Of a DNA stretch of 40,327 nt, positions 27,143 to 36,510 are shown piece after piece. Each line of letters begins with the position of its first letter. Position 1 is the first letter of the stretch. The position numbers and the translations under genes were made by a program. The DNA comes from an uncultured Mycoplasmatales bacterium (GTDB lineage Bacteria > Bacillota_I > Bacilli_A > UBA3375), in NCBI GenBank assembly GCA_964522645.1, contig CAZFWW010000001.1:1-40327 (forward strand), in the 5' to 3' direction. Below the pieces are notes generated by a model. The model ran no database searches, was not told the DNA's origin, and saw only the letters and a program-made list of their open reading frames with translations.

Positions 27143-28819
27143 ATGGAAGAAGCAAATAAAGAAACAAATAAAGAAACAATAAATTTCGAGTCAGAAAAAG
27201 TCAAACCAAACTTTAACTTTAACTTTAAATTAAACTTAAAGCTTAAACATCGGATGATTTTAACAATTTTTATAACAATTTTCTTAGTAATATACGTACT
27301 ACTGGCTAACCCACTACTTAATCCACGTTTTAGTAATGGTCTAGCAAACATTATGCTTATAATTATTTTGTACGGAGTACTATGGATTAAAAACTTAAAG
27401 TTATTAGGAAAAATCATCATGCTTTTCTTTATTGTTCAAATAGGAATATCAATCTATTCATCACCAATTTTTCATGCTGATGCATATTATAATTTAATTG
27501 GAACGGTTGAAGAAAAAAGTTATGAAGAAAATCCACCTCAAATTGATGAGACTCGTATTCCTGTTGTTGATGAAGAGTTAGCCCAAAAGTTAGGGGATAA
27601 AGTACTTGGAAATGATTTAGGACTTGGAAGTCAATATGAAATTGGTGAATATTATTTTATTTCAACTAAAGAAGATGTTGCTTGGGTTGCCCCACTAGAG
27701 CCACAGTCGTTCTTTAAATGGTTCAAAAATCGTGAGGGAGCACCTGGATATGTATATGTATCAGCGACAAATCCAAACGATGTACGTTTAGTTAAAGACG
27801 TAAATGGAGAAGAAATCAAACTTAAATATACAAATAACTCGTATTTCTTTAGTGAAATAAAACGTCACGCATATATTAATAAAAATGTATTTAATGCAAT
27901 GACAGATTTTTCATTTGAAATTGATGATGAAGGAAGACCGTTTTGGGTAATTACAACTTATCAACCAACGATTGGTTTTGCTGGATTTGATACAAGTGGA
28001 GTAATCTTGGTTGATGCTCAAAATGGTGAAGTTACAAATTATAATGACCTTAATGATTTACCTAATTGGGTAGAACGTGTCCAACCAACAGCGATTGTAA
28101 AAAATCAATTAATCAATTGGGGTGCTTATAAAAATGGTTGGTTAAATACAATCTTTGGTCAAGATGAAATGATTCAGCCAACAGAGGGACATGGATATGT
28201 TTATATAAAAGGGGAACCATATTATTATACTGGTTTAACATCAATTAAAGCTGATGAATCAACAGTTGGTTTTATGTTAATTAATACAAAAACAAAAGCA
28301 AGTACCTTTTATCGAATAAATGGAGCTACAGAACTTGCAGCCCAAAAATCAGCCCAAGGACAAGTCCAACAATATAATTATCGTGCATCTTTTCCAATTT
28401 TAATCAATGTTAATAATACACCAACATATTTCATGACTCTAAAGGATCAAGATGGATTAATTAAACAATATACATATGTTTCTGTCCGAAACTATAATAT
28501 TGTAGGTGTTGGTTCATCAAAAGAAAAAGCAATTCAAAGTTACCGTGAAGCACTTAAGGCAAATGGTGAATTAAATATCACAATTGATGAAGAAACACAA
28601 AAAGAAGCTACGGGAACGATTGAACGTATCACATACCAAAATGGGGAGTATTATTTTAAATTAAATGATAATAAAACCTTATTTGTAATTAATGAAGATG
28701 TTTCGAAATATCTAAAATTAACGACTAAGAATGACAATGTTGAATTTAAATATACTGATATAAATACTGAAGATAATTACAAAAGCGTTACATCATTTAC
28801 AAATAAAACAATCGAATAA
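27143..28819 (+). CDS. Conserved hypothetical membrane protein (about 3 N-terminal TMs, large extracellular domain)
   Basis: 558-aa ORF with WVAPLE, PGYVYVSAT, FEIDDEGRPFWV, PNWVERVQP, FPILINV, LKDQDGLIK; AAGGAG RBS. Confidence 0.7.
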   Translation: MEEANKETNKETINFESEKVKPNFNFNFKLNLKLKHRMILTIFITIFLVIYVLLANPLLNPRFSNGLANIMLIIILYGVLWIKNLKLLGKIIMLFFIVQIGISIYSSPIFHADAYYNLIGTVEEKSYEENPPQIDETRIPVVDEELAQKLGDKVLGNDLGLGSQYEIGEYYFISTKEDVAWVAPLEPQSFFKWFKNREGAPGYVYVSATNPNDVRLVKDVNGEEIKLKYTNNSYFFSEIKRHAYINKNVFNAMTDFSFEIDDEGRPFWVITTYQPTIGFAGFDTSGVILVDAQNGEVTNYNDLNDLPNWVERVQPTAIVKNQLINWGAYKNGWLNTIFGQDEMIQPTEGHGYVYIKGEPYYYTGLTSIKADESTVGFMLINTKTKASTFYRINGATELAAQKSAQGQVQQYNYRASFPILINVNNTPTYFMTLKDQDGLIKQYTYVSVRNYNIVGVGSSKEKAIQSYREALKANGELNITIDEETQKEATGTIERITYQNGEYYFKLNDNKTLFVINEDVSKYLKLTTKNDNVEFKYTDINTEDNYKSVTSFTNKTIE

Positions 28820-28826
28820 AATTCTT

Positions 28827-28856
28827 AGAATCAACAATTTTGTTGATTCTTTTTTT
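28827..28856 (+). terminator. Intrinsic terminator
   Basis: agaatcaaca-attt-tgttgattcttttttt. Confidence 0.8.
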
Positions 28857-29159
28857 AAATTTTTTATTAAATTATGATTGCAATTATGATTAAAATGAAA
28901 CCGAAATTTTAGTACTAATATACAAATGGATTTCAAAGCTAAATGTTAAAAATAGTCCGTTTTTATGTTATAATACATTGTGTAGATGGTAATAGTATTC
29001 AATACTTTATCATTGTAACTATTAATAGTACAATTAGATGCTAATTTGGATTATTAGCATTAAATTTAAAGGTTAGGAGTATAATGAGCGGGAATTTCGA
29101 TTATTTTCAAATTAAAAATAGTTTTTTAATCTCTATAATTAATTATAATGAGGTGAAAT

Positions 29160-30692
29160 ATGACAGAAATAAGATTTAATATCTATGTACTTCAAGTAAT
29201 TATGGCACTTGGAAGTACCGTTACAACATATTTATTAAAATATGTCATTGATACTATTACAACAAAAGAATTAAATTTATTTTTTAATGCTGTTGTTTCA
29301 ACATTAATATTTGTAATAATTTTTTATTCATTTCGGACAATTGCCTCAGTTATAACCGAAAAATACATCCAAACAAAGATGTTAAATATTCGTTATTCTT
29401 TGTTTAAGGCAATTTTATTTAAACCACCGTATATGAAATCAAGTGAAAAAACAGGTGACTACAACGCTCTAATCATTGGAAAAGTTGATCGATTAGAAAC
29501 GGAAGTTATTCGAAATAAAATTTTAATTGTATATGATTTATCATTATTTTGCTTTACATTAATAGCAATCATGACAATTTCTTTAGAATTTATGTTCCTT
29601 TACGTCATAATATCATTTATTATTTATTTTGTACCGCTTATTTTTCATAAGTTTTTAGTAATTCATCAGGAAAAAGTAAGTCTACAAGCAATCAAGATGT
29701 ATGCTTTTTTACAAAATACTTTTACCCATGTAAATTTACTTTTTAATATCAACGGGAAAAAACACGTAAAATTAAAAACGAGAAAAGAAATAAAAAAATT
29801 CCACAATATCAAATATAAATATAAAAAGGAATTAATTTTTCAAGAAAATTTACTTGATACAATTGGTATTTTAACCCAAATTGGTGCCTATTTATTAGGT
29901 GGACTATTAGTAATGAAAAATGAATTAAGTTATGGTGAACTAGTCGTAATTGTTCGCTTTTCTACATCAATTTATGGGCCAATTGTTGGAATTTCCCAAA
30001 AACGAAGTATCATCAATTCATTTAAAGAAATCAAAACGGAATTAGCACTACTTGCTAAAAATCAACATAATGACTTAAACAAAATTCCTTTTGATGACTT
30101 ACATTTAGAAAATATCGAATTTGAAGATATTATTAAAGATTTTACCTTTGAATTTTCCAAAAATACTAATTATCAGTTTATTGGTAATTCTGGAGCTGGG
30201 AAAAGTATTATGACTAAACTTATTTCTGGTGAAAAGATGGCAGATGACGGGAAAAAACTTGTTAATGGTCAAGAAATTATGTATCCAAATTGTTGTTTAA
30301 TTACACAAGAAACAATGATTATCGAAGGAACAATTAAAGAAAATATTTTATTTGATCAACGCATTTCAAATAAAGAATTCATGCGGATTATTAAAATATT
30401 AAAAATCGATGAGTTTTACGAAGAAGAACGCATCTTAAAAAATAATGATCAATCATTGTCATACGGTCAAAAGCAACGAATTAACATTGCTCGTGCACTT
30501 GTCCATAAATTTGATATGGTAATCTTTGATGAAGCATTAAACGGTCTTCAAACTGAATTAAAACACGATATATTAGATTATTTTGCCGATTTAAATACGA
30601 TTTTAATAATAATTGCCCATGATTTTACAATTAAACGTGAGGACTTTATTACGATTGATTTTAATAAAGGAAAAATCGAGGTATTACAATAA
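29160..30692 (+). CDS. ABC exporter, fused TMD-NBD half transporter
   Basis: About 6 TMs; Walker A GNSGAGKS, Q-loop ITQE, signature LSYGQKQR, Walker B IFDEA, H-loop IAH. Confidence 0.85.
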   Translation: MTEIRFNIYVLQVIMALGSTVTTYLLKYVIDTITTKELNLFFNAVVSTLIFVIIFYSFRTIASVITEKYIQTKMLNIRYSLFKAILFKPPYMKSSEKTGDYNALIIGKVDRLETEVIRNKILIVYDLSLFCFTLIAIMTISLEFMFLYVIISFIIYFVPLIFHKFLVIHQEKVSLQAIKMYAFLQNTFTHVNLLFNINGKKHVKLKTRKEIKKFHNIKYKYKKELIFQENLLDTIGILTQIGAYLLGGLLVMKNELSYGELVVIVRFSTSIYGPIVGISQKRSIINSFKEIKTELALLAKNQHNDLNKIPFDDLHLENIEFEDIIKDFTFEFSKNTNYQFIGNSGAGKSIMTKLISGEKMADDGKKLVNGQEIMYPNCCLITQETMIIEGTIKENILFDQRISNKEFMRIIKILKIDEFYEEERILKNNDQSLSYGQKQRINIARALVHKFDMVIFDEALNGLQTELKHDILDYFADLNTILIIIAHDFTIKREDFITIDFNKGKIEVLQ

Positions 30693-30706
30693 CAATTTTC
30701 CATTTT

Positions 30707-30740
30707 AAAGGTAGTTAATCATTTGATTAACTACCTTTTT
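30707..30740 (+). terminator. Intrinsic terminator
   Basis: aaaggtagttaatca-tt-tgattaactaccttttt. Confidence 0.85.
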
Positions 30741-30855
30741 ATCTAAATTAAATCTACTGAAATGTAATTTTAGTTATTACAAAAATTCTTGGAAAAATAT
30801 TCCTTCACTTTGTAAATTTATTGTATACTATAAATATGAAATTAGAGGAGATAAT

Positions 30856-32079
30856 ATGAAATTACAAGATTCAATTGAACGTTTCGTACGTTACGCAAAA
30901 GTATATACTGATTCAAACCCAGAGAATGTTGCTTGTAAACCAAGTAGTGAAAATCAATGGGATTTATTAAAAATGTTACATGAAGAATTACTGGCTCTTG
31001 GAGTTGATGCTACATTAGAAGAAAACGGAAATGTATTTGCTAAAATTCCGGCTAATGTAATTACTAATGCACCAAAGATTGGTTTTTTAGCGCACGTTGA
31101 TACAGCACCAGAATTTACAGGGGAAAATGTAAAGCCACAAATTCACGAAAATTATGATGGTAAAGATATTATTTTAAATGCAGAAAATGTACTAAAACCA
31201 AGTGATTTTCCAGAATTACTAATGTATCAAGGAAAAACAGTAATTACAACAGATGGAACAACCCTTCTAGGAGCAGATGATAAAGCTGGAGTTACCGAAA
31301 TAATGGAAGTAATTAAATATATTACTGAAAATCCAGATTTTAAACATGGGGAATTACGCTTTGGATTTACAACTGATGAAGAAATTGGAAACGGAACACA
31401 TAGTTTTGATGTTAAAAAATTTGATGCTGACTTTGCTTTTACAATGGATGGAGGAGAAGTTGGACAACTAGAATATGAAAACTTCAATGCTGCAGTTGCA
31501 ACACTTACCGTTCAAGGACGTAGTGTTCACCCAGGTACTGCTAAAGGTCAAATGATTAATTCAAGTATTGTAATTAATAACTTTATTAATTTATTACCAA
31601 ATGAACGCCCAGAAAATACTGAATTATATGAAGGATTTATTCATATTACTGATATTAAAAGTACAACCGACAGTGGAGTAATTTCAATGATTATTCGTGA
31701 TCATGATAAAGTAGAATTTGAAGAAAAAAAATCGCTATTATATGATCTTGCTCAACAAATACAAGAAGAATTTTCTGGAGCAACTTTGTCATTGGATGTT
31801 AAAAATCAATATTTTAATATGAAAGAAAAAGTTGAAGAAAAACCGGAAATAATGGATATTGCTAAACGTGGATTTGCAATTGCTGATGTTGAACCAAAAA
31901 TCAGTCCAATTCGTGGAGGAACTGATGGGTCAAATTTATCATTTATCGGATTACCTTGTCCAAATATTTTTGCAGGAGGACATAACTTTCACGGACGCTT
32001 TGAATATTTACCAGCTGAAAGTATGATTGAAGCTCAAAAAGTTATTCTTGGAATTATCGAGGCTGCAATTGAAAAATAA
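30856..32079 (+). CDS. pepT: Peptidase T (tripeptide aminopeptidase)
   Basis: AHVDT, DGTTLLGADDKAG, DEEIG, HPGTAKG, IRGGTDG, GGHNFHG. Confidence 0.96.
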   Translation: MKLQDSIERFVRYAKVYTDSNPENVACKPSSENQWDLLKMLHEELLALGVDATLEENGNVFAKIPANVITNAPKIGFLAHVDTAPEFTGENVKPQIHENYDGKDIILNAENVLKPSDFPELLMYQGKTVITTDGTTLLGADDKAGVTEIMEVIKYITENPDFKHGELRFGFTTDEEIGNGTHSFDVKKFDADFAFTMDGGEVGQLEYENFNAAVATLTVQGRSVHPGTAKGQMINSSIVINNFINLLPNERPENTELYEGFIHITDIKSTTDSGVISMIIRDHDKVEFEEKKSLLYDLAQQIQEEFSGATLSLDVKNQYFNMKEKVEEKPEIMDIAKRGFAIADVEPKISPIRGGTDGSNLSFIGLPCPNIFAGGHNFHGRFEYLPAESMIEAQKVILGIIEAAIEK

Positions 32080-32683
32080 ATCGAAAACAATTGGATTAAT
32101 GTTAGCAGGAGAACTTGACTATGAACTAGAGCCGATAATCGATCATTTTCAAATTGAAGAGTGGATTGCTGTTGATGGAGGATATGATCATTTAAAACAC
32201 AATGGCATAACTCCTGAAATTATTATTGGTGATTTTGATTCTACAAGTAGTACTTTTAGCAATGAATTAAGATACAACCCAATAAAGGATGATACTGATT
32301 TTGCTTTAGCAATTGCTTATGTTGAACAAAATTATAATCATCCACAAATAATTGTTTGTGCACCGCATGCTAATGTTAGAATTGAACATTTTATTGCAAA
32401 TTTAAAATTGATGACTAATAATATGACTTTTGTCTTAAAATCAAATTTAATTCAACAATTAGCTGCAGGTAAACATACAGTTGAGCCTCAAGGAGAATTA
32501 TTTTCACTTTTTGCTAAAAACACTGTAACAAACTTAACAATTAAAGCAGCAAAATGGGAATTAACTAATTACTTATTGGATGTTAATGATCCATTAACAA
32601 TTAGTAATGAATTCATTGGAAAAAAGGTGGAAATTAGTTTTGATTCCGGAATAATTCAGTTATATCTTGAAAATAACATTTGA
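32069..32683 (+). CDS. thiN: Thiamine pyrophosphokinase
   Basis: AVDGG, IGDFDS, KDDTD, R.EH..AN, ISNEF. Start inferred at TTG 32069 (GAGG 6 nt upstream). Confidence 0.82.
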   Translation: MKNKSKTIGLMLAGELDYELEPIIDHFQIEEWIAVDGGYDHLKHNGITPEIIIGDFDSTSSTFSNELRYNPIKDDTDFALAIAYVEQNYNHPQIIVCAPHANVRIEHFIANLKLMTNNMTFVLKSNLIQQLAAGKHTVEPQGELFSLFAKNTVTNLTIKAAKWELTNYLLDVNDPLTISNEFIGKKVEISFDSGIIQLYLENNI

Positions 32684-32695
32684 TAATTAAATCGA

Positions 32696-32724
32696 TTGAA
32701 CAGAATCTGAAACTATGATATAAT
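32696..32724 (+). promoter_or_regulatory. Sigma-A promoter for dps
   Basis: TTGAAC-17 bp-TATAAT with TG extension. Confidence 0.7.
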
Positions 32725-32749
32725 AATATTGTACAAAAAAGGAGATACT

Positions 32750-33157
32750 ATGAATAAGTTATTAGCAAATTTAAATGTACTTTATGTAAAGTTACATAAC
32801 TACCACTACAATGTTGTAGGAAGCGATTTTATGGATACACACGTAGCATTAGAAAAAGAATATGATACAATGCATTTATGGATTGATGAAGTAGCTGAGC
32901 AAATTAAAAAAGATGGTGAATATCCAATGGGTAGCCTAAAAGAATATTTAAGTGTAGCTACAATTGAAGAAGTTGAATCGAAAGATTATCGTTCAGCAGA
33001 AATTCTAACAGAACTTTTAAAGGACTATCAATTATTAGAAGCAGATATTAAAGAACTATTAGATAGTGAACTTTCAGTTTCATGCGATGATTTATTAACT
33101 ACAATTGCAACTGAATTAGCAACTAAAATTTGGTTCCTAAGATCTCAATTAGCATAA
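32750..33157 (+). CDS. dps: Dps / DNA-binding ferritin-like protein
   Basis: KLHNYHYNVVG..F...H..LE..Y, IDEVAEQI, SLKEYL, KIWFL; AAGGAG RBS before ATG 32750. Confidence 0.9.
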   Translation: MNKLLANLNVLYVKLHNYHYNVVGSDFMDTHVALEKEYDTMHLWIDEVAEQIKKDGEYPMGSLKEYLSVATIEEVESKDYRSAEILTELLKDYQLLEADIKELLDSELSVSCDDLLTTIATELATKIWFLRSQLA

Positions 33158-33167
33158 ATTAATTTAT

Positions 33168-33202
33168 GGAGGGCTAAAGATTAATATCTTTAGTCTTTTT
33201 TT
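33168..33202 (+). terminator. Intrinsic terminator
   Basis: gggctaaagat-taat-atctttagtcttttttt. Confidence 0.75.
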
Positions 33203-33222
33203 AGGAATACTAAAGGAGTAAT

Positions 33223-33654
33223 ATGATTAAAAGATTAAGTGAAAATACACTATTTATTTTAATAATGACTATTGTATTTTTTCCAATTGGTTTATATTTA
33301 ATATACCGTAATAAGAAATTAAGAAAAGAGTTAATGCCTCAGGCAATTATTTTATCAATTGTATCTGTAGGAATTATTGTTTATACTCTTGCACAAGACT
33401 GGACAAATCCGGAATTAGAAATTAAAGCAACAAATACTTACTCAATTGAAGATGAGTTTATTCCAAAAGACTTAATAACTGACTATGTAATCAGTGTTTC
33501 GGATAATGATACAGAATTAACAATTGAAGATGTACAAATTAAAAATTATAAAAGTTTGGATTTAGATACCAAAGGAACACAAGAAATTCAGTTTTTAGTT
33601 ACTGATAATAGTTATAATTCTACAATTAAAACTGCAAATTTAGTGATTGAATAA
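33223..33654 (+). CDS. Membrane protein (2 TM) with C-terminal Ig-like domain
   Basis: Two hydrophobic helices then VSDND...D..TKGTQEIQFLVTDNSYN beta-sandwich pattern. Confidence 0.55.
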   Translation: MIKRLSENTLFILIMTIVFFPIGLYLIYRNKKLRKELMPQAIILSIVSVGIIVYTLAQDWTNPELEIKATNTYSIEDEFIPKDLITDYVISVSDNDTELTIEDVQIKNYKSLDLDTKGTQEIQFLVTDNSYNSTIKTANLVIE

Positions 33655-33756
33655 TTTTATATATCGATACATATCGATTTGTTAAGCATATGACATAACA
33701 ATTTATTTTTCTTATGATATACTAGCAATGTTAAGAAAAAATAGGAGTAATAAAAT

Positions 33757-34044
33757 ATGAAATCAATCAATGTAAATTTAGTCAATGATATTGAAAATCC
33801 ATATATCATTGATATTCGTGAACCACATGAATTTCAAGATGGATCAATTAAAGGAGCAATCAACGTTCCAATGAATGAATTATTAAATAATTCAGAAAAA
33901 TATTTGAAAAATAGTGAGGAAAACTACATCCTTTGTCTATCTGGAGGTCGTAGTCAAATGACATGTAATATTTTAAATTCAGCAGGAAAAGAAAATATTA
34001 CTAATTTAGAAGGTGGAATGATGGGTTACTTTGGTAACTTATAA
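33757..34044 (+). CDS. Single-domain rhodanese (sulfurtransferase)
   Basis: IIDIREPHEF..GSIKGAINVP, CLSGGRS, NLEGG. Confidence 0.9.
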   Translation: MKSINVNLVNDIENPYIIDIREPHEFQDGSIKGAINVPMNELLNNSEKYLKNSEENYILCLSGGRSQMTCNILNSAGKENITNLEGGMMGYFGNL

Positions 34045-34068
34045 TAAAATTAAAATTAAAGGAGTAAT

Positions 34069-35748
34069 ATGAGTAAGAAATATGTAGTAATTGGTGGAGT
34101 AGCAACCGGAGCAAGTGCAGCAGCAAGGTTACGTAGATTAAATGAAGAGGCGGAAATTATTGTTTTAGAAAAAGGAAACTATGTTTCATTTTCAAATTGT
34201 GGATTACCATACCGCTTTTCAAATACCATTGATCAAACAGAAAAACTTGTACTAATGACGCCAGAAAAACTAAAAGCACAGTATAATTTAAATGTTAGAA
34301 CAAATAATGAGGTACTATCTATTAATGATAGTGAAAATTATGTCGTAGTTAAAAATCATTTAACAGGAGAAGAGTATCATGAAAGTTATGATGAGTTAGT
34401 AATCGCTCCTGGAACAAGTGCAATTGTACCACCATTTGCTGGTTTAGATTTAGTAAAACACTTTGTACTTAAAACTGTGACTGATGTTGAAAGAATTATG
34501 AATGTAATTGAAGAAAATACTGTTAAACATGTATCAGTAATTGGGGGCGGATTTATTGGTGTCGAAACTGCCGAAAATTTCCGTGAAGCTGGTTATGAGG
34601 TAACACTAATTGAAGGGGCAGATCAAATTTTAGCACCATTTGATTATGAGATGGCCAATCATGCAGACTTAGAATTACATAAACATGGAGTTGAACTAAT
34701 TAAAGGTGATTTAGTTGATCACTTCAAAGAAAATACAATAGTTTTAAAGTCAAATAAAGAAATTAAGACAGATTTAATAATAATGGCAATTGGAGTTAAA
34801 CCAGAAACTAGTTTTGTCGCATCTTCAAACGTTAAATTAACAGATCGTGGTTTTATTGAGGTAGATGATAATTATCAGACAAACATTGCAAATATTCATG
34901 CCGGTGGTGATGCAATTTTAATTACTAATCAATTAACAAAGGTAAAACAACCATTAGCACTTGCTGGGCCGGCAAATAAACAAGGGCGTTTAATAGCTGA
35001 TCATATTAGCGGGAAAAATGTTTTAAATAAAGGTTATATTGGATCAAGCATCATTAAAGTATTCGATTTAACACTTGCAGCAACAGGGCTAAACGAAAAA
35101 GTTCTTAAAACAACAGATATTGATTATGAAGTTGTTTATGCAGCACCATCAGACCGCGTTGGTATCATGCCAAATGTATCATTAGTATTAAGTAAACTAA
35201 TCTTTGAAAAAGAAAGTGGTAAGATTTTAGGAGCTCAAGCTGTAAGTACTGGAGTTGCTGATAAACGAATTGATGTAATTGCAACTGCAATTAAAGCAGA
35301 AATGAATATTTATGATTTAACTGACTTAGAATTAACATATGCACCATCTTATGGTACAGGAAAAGATGTTGTTAATAAACTTGGATATATTGCAACAAAT
35401 CTAAATGATGGTTTATATAAACAGGTTTCATTTACAGATGTTTATAATCTAGTTAAAAGTCAAGCTCAAATTATTGATGTACGTGAAGTAAATGAATATG
35501 CTAGAGGACATATTAAAGGTGTTAAAAACATTCCAATGTCTGAGTTTAGAAATCGCCTTGATGAGTTTGATAAAACAAAACCTGTATATGTTCATTGTCA
35601 AACTGGACAAAGATCATATAATGTAGTTTGTGCCCTTAATTCTTATGGTTTTGAAGCTTATAACGTTGCTGGATCATACTTATTTACATTAAAACATGAA
35701 CAAGCAATGCAACTTAGTGATTCAACACGTGATAACATTTTAGTTTAG
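34069..35748 (+). CDS. CoA-disulfide/persulfide reductase with C-terminal rhodanese domain (CoADR-RHD)
   Basis: GGVATGASAAARLRR, SFSNCGLPY redox Cys, GGGFIGVE, LAGPANKQGR, DKRIDV, DVRE...HCQTGQRS. Confidence 0.9.
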   Translation: MSKKYVVIGGVATGASAAARLRRLNEEAEIIVLEKGNYVSFSNCGLPYRFSNTIDQTEKLVLMTPEKLKAQYNLNVRTNNEVLSINDSENYVVVKNHLTGEEYHESYDELVIAPGTSAIVPPFAGLDLVKHFVLKTVTDVERIMNVIEENTVKHVSVIGGGFIGVETAENFREAGYEVTLIEGADQILAPFDYEMANHADLELHKHGVELIKGDLVDHFKENTIVLKSNKEIKTDLIIMAIGVKPETSFVASSNVKLTDRGFIEVDDNYQTNIANIHAGGDAILITNQLTKVKQPLALAGPANKQGRLIADHISGKNVLNKGYIGSSIIKVFDLTLAATGLNEKVLKTTDIDYEVVYAAPSDRVGIMPNVSLVLSKLIFEKESGKILGAQAVSTGVADKRIDVIATAIKAEMNIYDLTDLELTYAPSYGTGKDVVNKLGYIATNLNDGLYKQVSFTDVYNLVKSQAQIIDVREVNEYARGHIKGVKNIPMSEFRNRLDEFDKTKPVYVHCQTGQRSYNVVCALNSYGFEAYNVAGSYLFTLKHEQAMQLSDSTRDNILV

Positions 35749-35756
35749 GAGAATCA

Positions 35757-36164
35757 ATGTATAAAATAGGTTTTATCTGTGTACATAACTCATGTCGCAG
35801 TCAAATGGCTGAAGCAATATGCAAACAAGAATTTTCCGATTACTTTGAAGCATATTCAGCCGGAACAAATTTGAAATCAGAAATAAATCCTGATGCAATT
35901 ACTGCAATTAATAATATCTATCAAATTGATATCAATAGAACTCAATTTAATAAGTTAATAGATGATATTCCAGAATTAGATATTGTAATAACAATGGGGT
36001 GTAATGTTGATTGTCCACATTTACCATGTAAATATCGAGAAGATTTTGGACTTGAAGATCCAACAGGACATGAATTATTTTCATTTGAATTAACAGCTGA
36101 AATTATACGTCTTAAGCTTGAAATTTTAAGATCAAAATTAGAAAGCGGACAATTAAAAATATAA
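35757..36164 (+). CDS. arsC: Arsenate reductase (thioredoxin-dependent, LMW-PTP fold)
   Basis: CVHNSCRSQMAEA P-loop, SAGT, ITMGCNVDCP, LEDPTG. Confidence 0.85.
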   Translation: MYKIGFICVHNSCRSQMAEAICKQEFSDYFEAYSAGTNLKSEINPDAITAINNIYQIDINRTQFNKLIDDIPELDIVITMGCNVDCPHLPCKYREDFGLEDPTGHELFSFELTAEIIRLKLEILRSKLESGQLKI

Positions 36165-36176
36165 TAATAAAACATT

Positions 36177-36203
36177 AAAAAAAGACCTTTAAAAGGTCTT
36201 TTT
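36177..36203. terminator. Bidirectional intrinsic terminator
   Basis: aaaaaaagacctt-taa-aaggtcttttt. Confidence 0.85.
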
Positions 36204-36286
36204 CAAATATTTAGCAAAATGTAGAAGTGTCAGATGATGAAGATTTGTCGAATTGTATTATTATACACCAATGATACACGACTACG
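36177..36286 (-). ncRNA. Candidate small RNA (unassigned family)
   Basis: Minus-strand TGGTATAAT at 36300-36292, internal hairpin, ends in the 7-U side of the bidirectional terminator; no RBS-bearing ORF. Confidence 0.3.
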
Positions 36287-36510
36287 TTATTATTATACCA
36301 TACTAAGAATAGGTTTACGGCAACATAATTTTCAAATTTTGAAAATATTTTATAATCATATAACATTCTATTATTAAATGAAATTATTTTTCTTATTTAT
36401 ATAACATTTTTATATGTACACTTACTATATAATGAATAATTATTTTTAGTAATAAAGGAATAATATAGTAGTTTTTTAGATTAAAATATATGAAAATATT
36501 AGTAAATGAT

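Noticed and set aside
32680..32735. PerR/Fur box upstream of dps
   Set aside because: Only weak AT-rich resemblance; no convincing 7-1-7 dyad
36234..36377. Plus-strand ~47-codon ORF (MMKICRIVLLY...)
   Set aside because: No RBS, directly after a terminator, and no recognisable protein features
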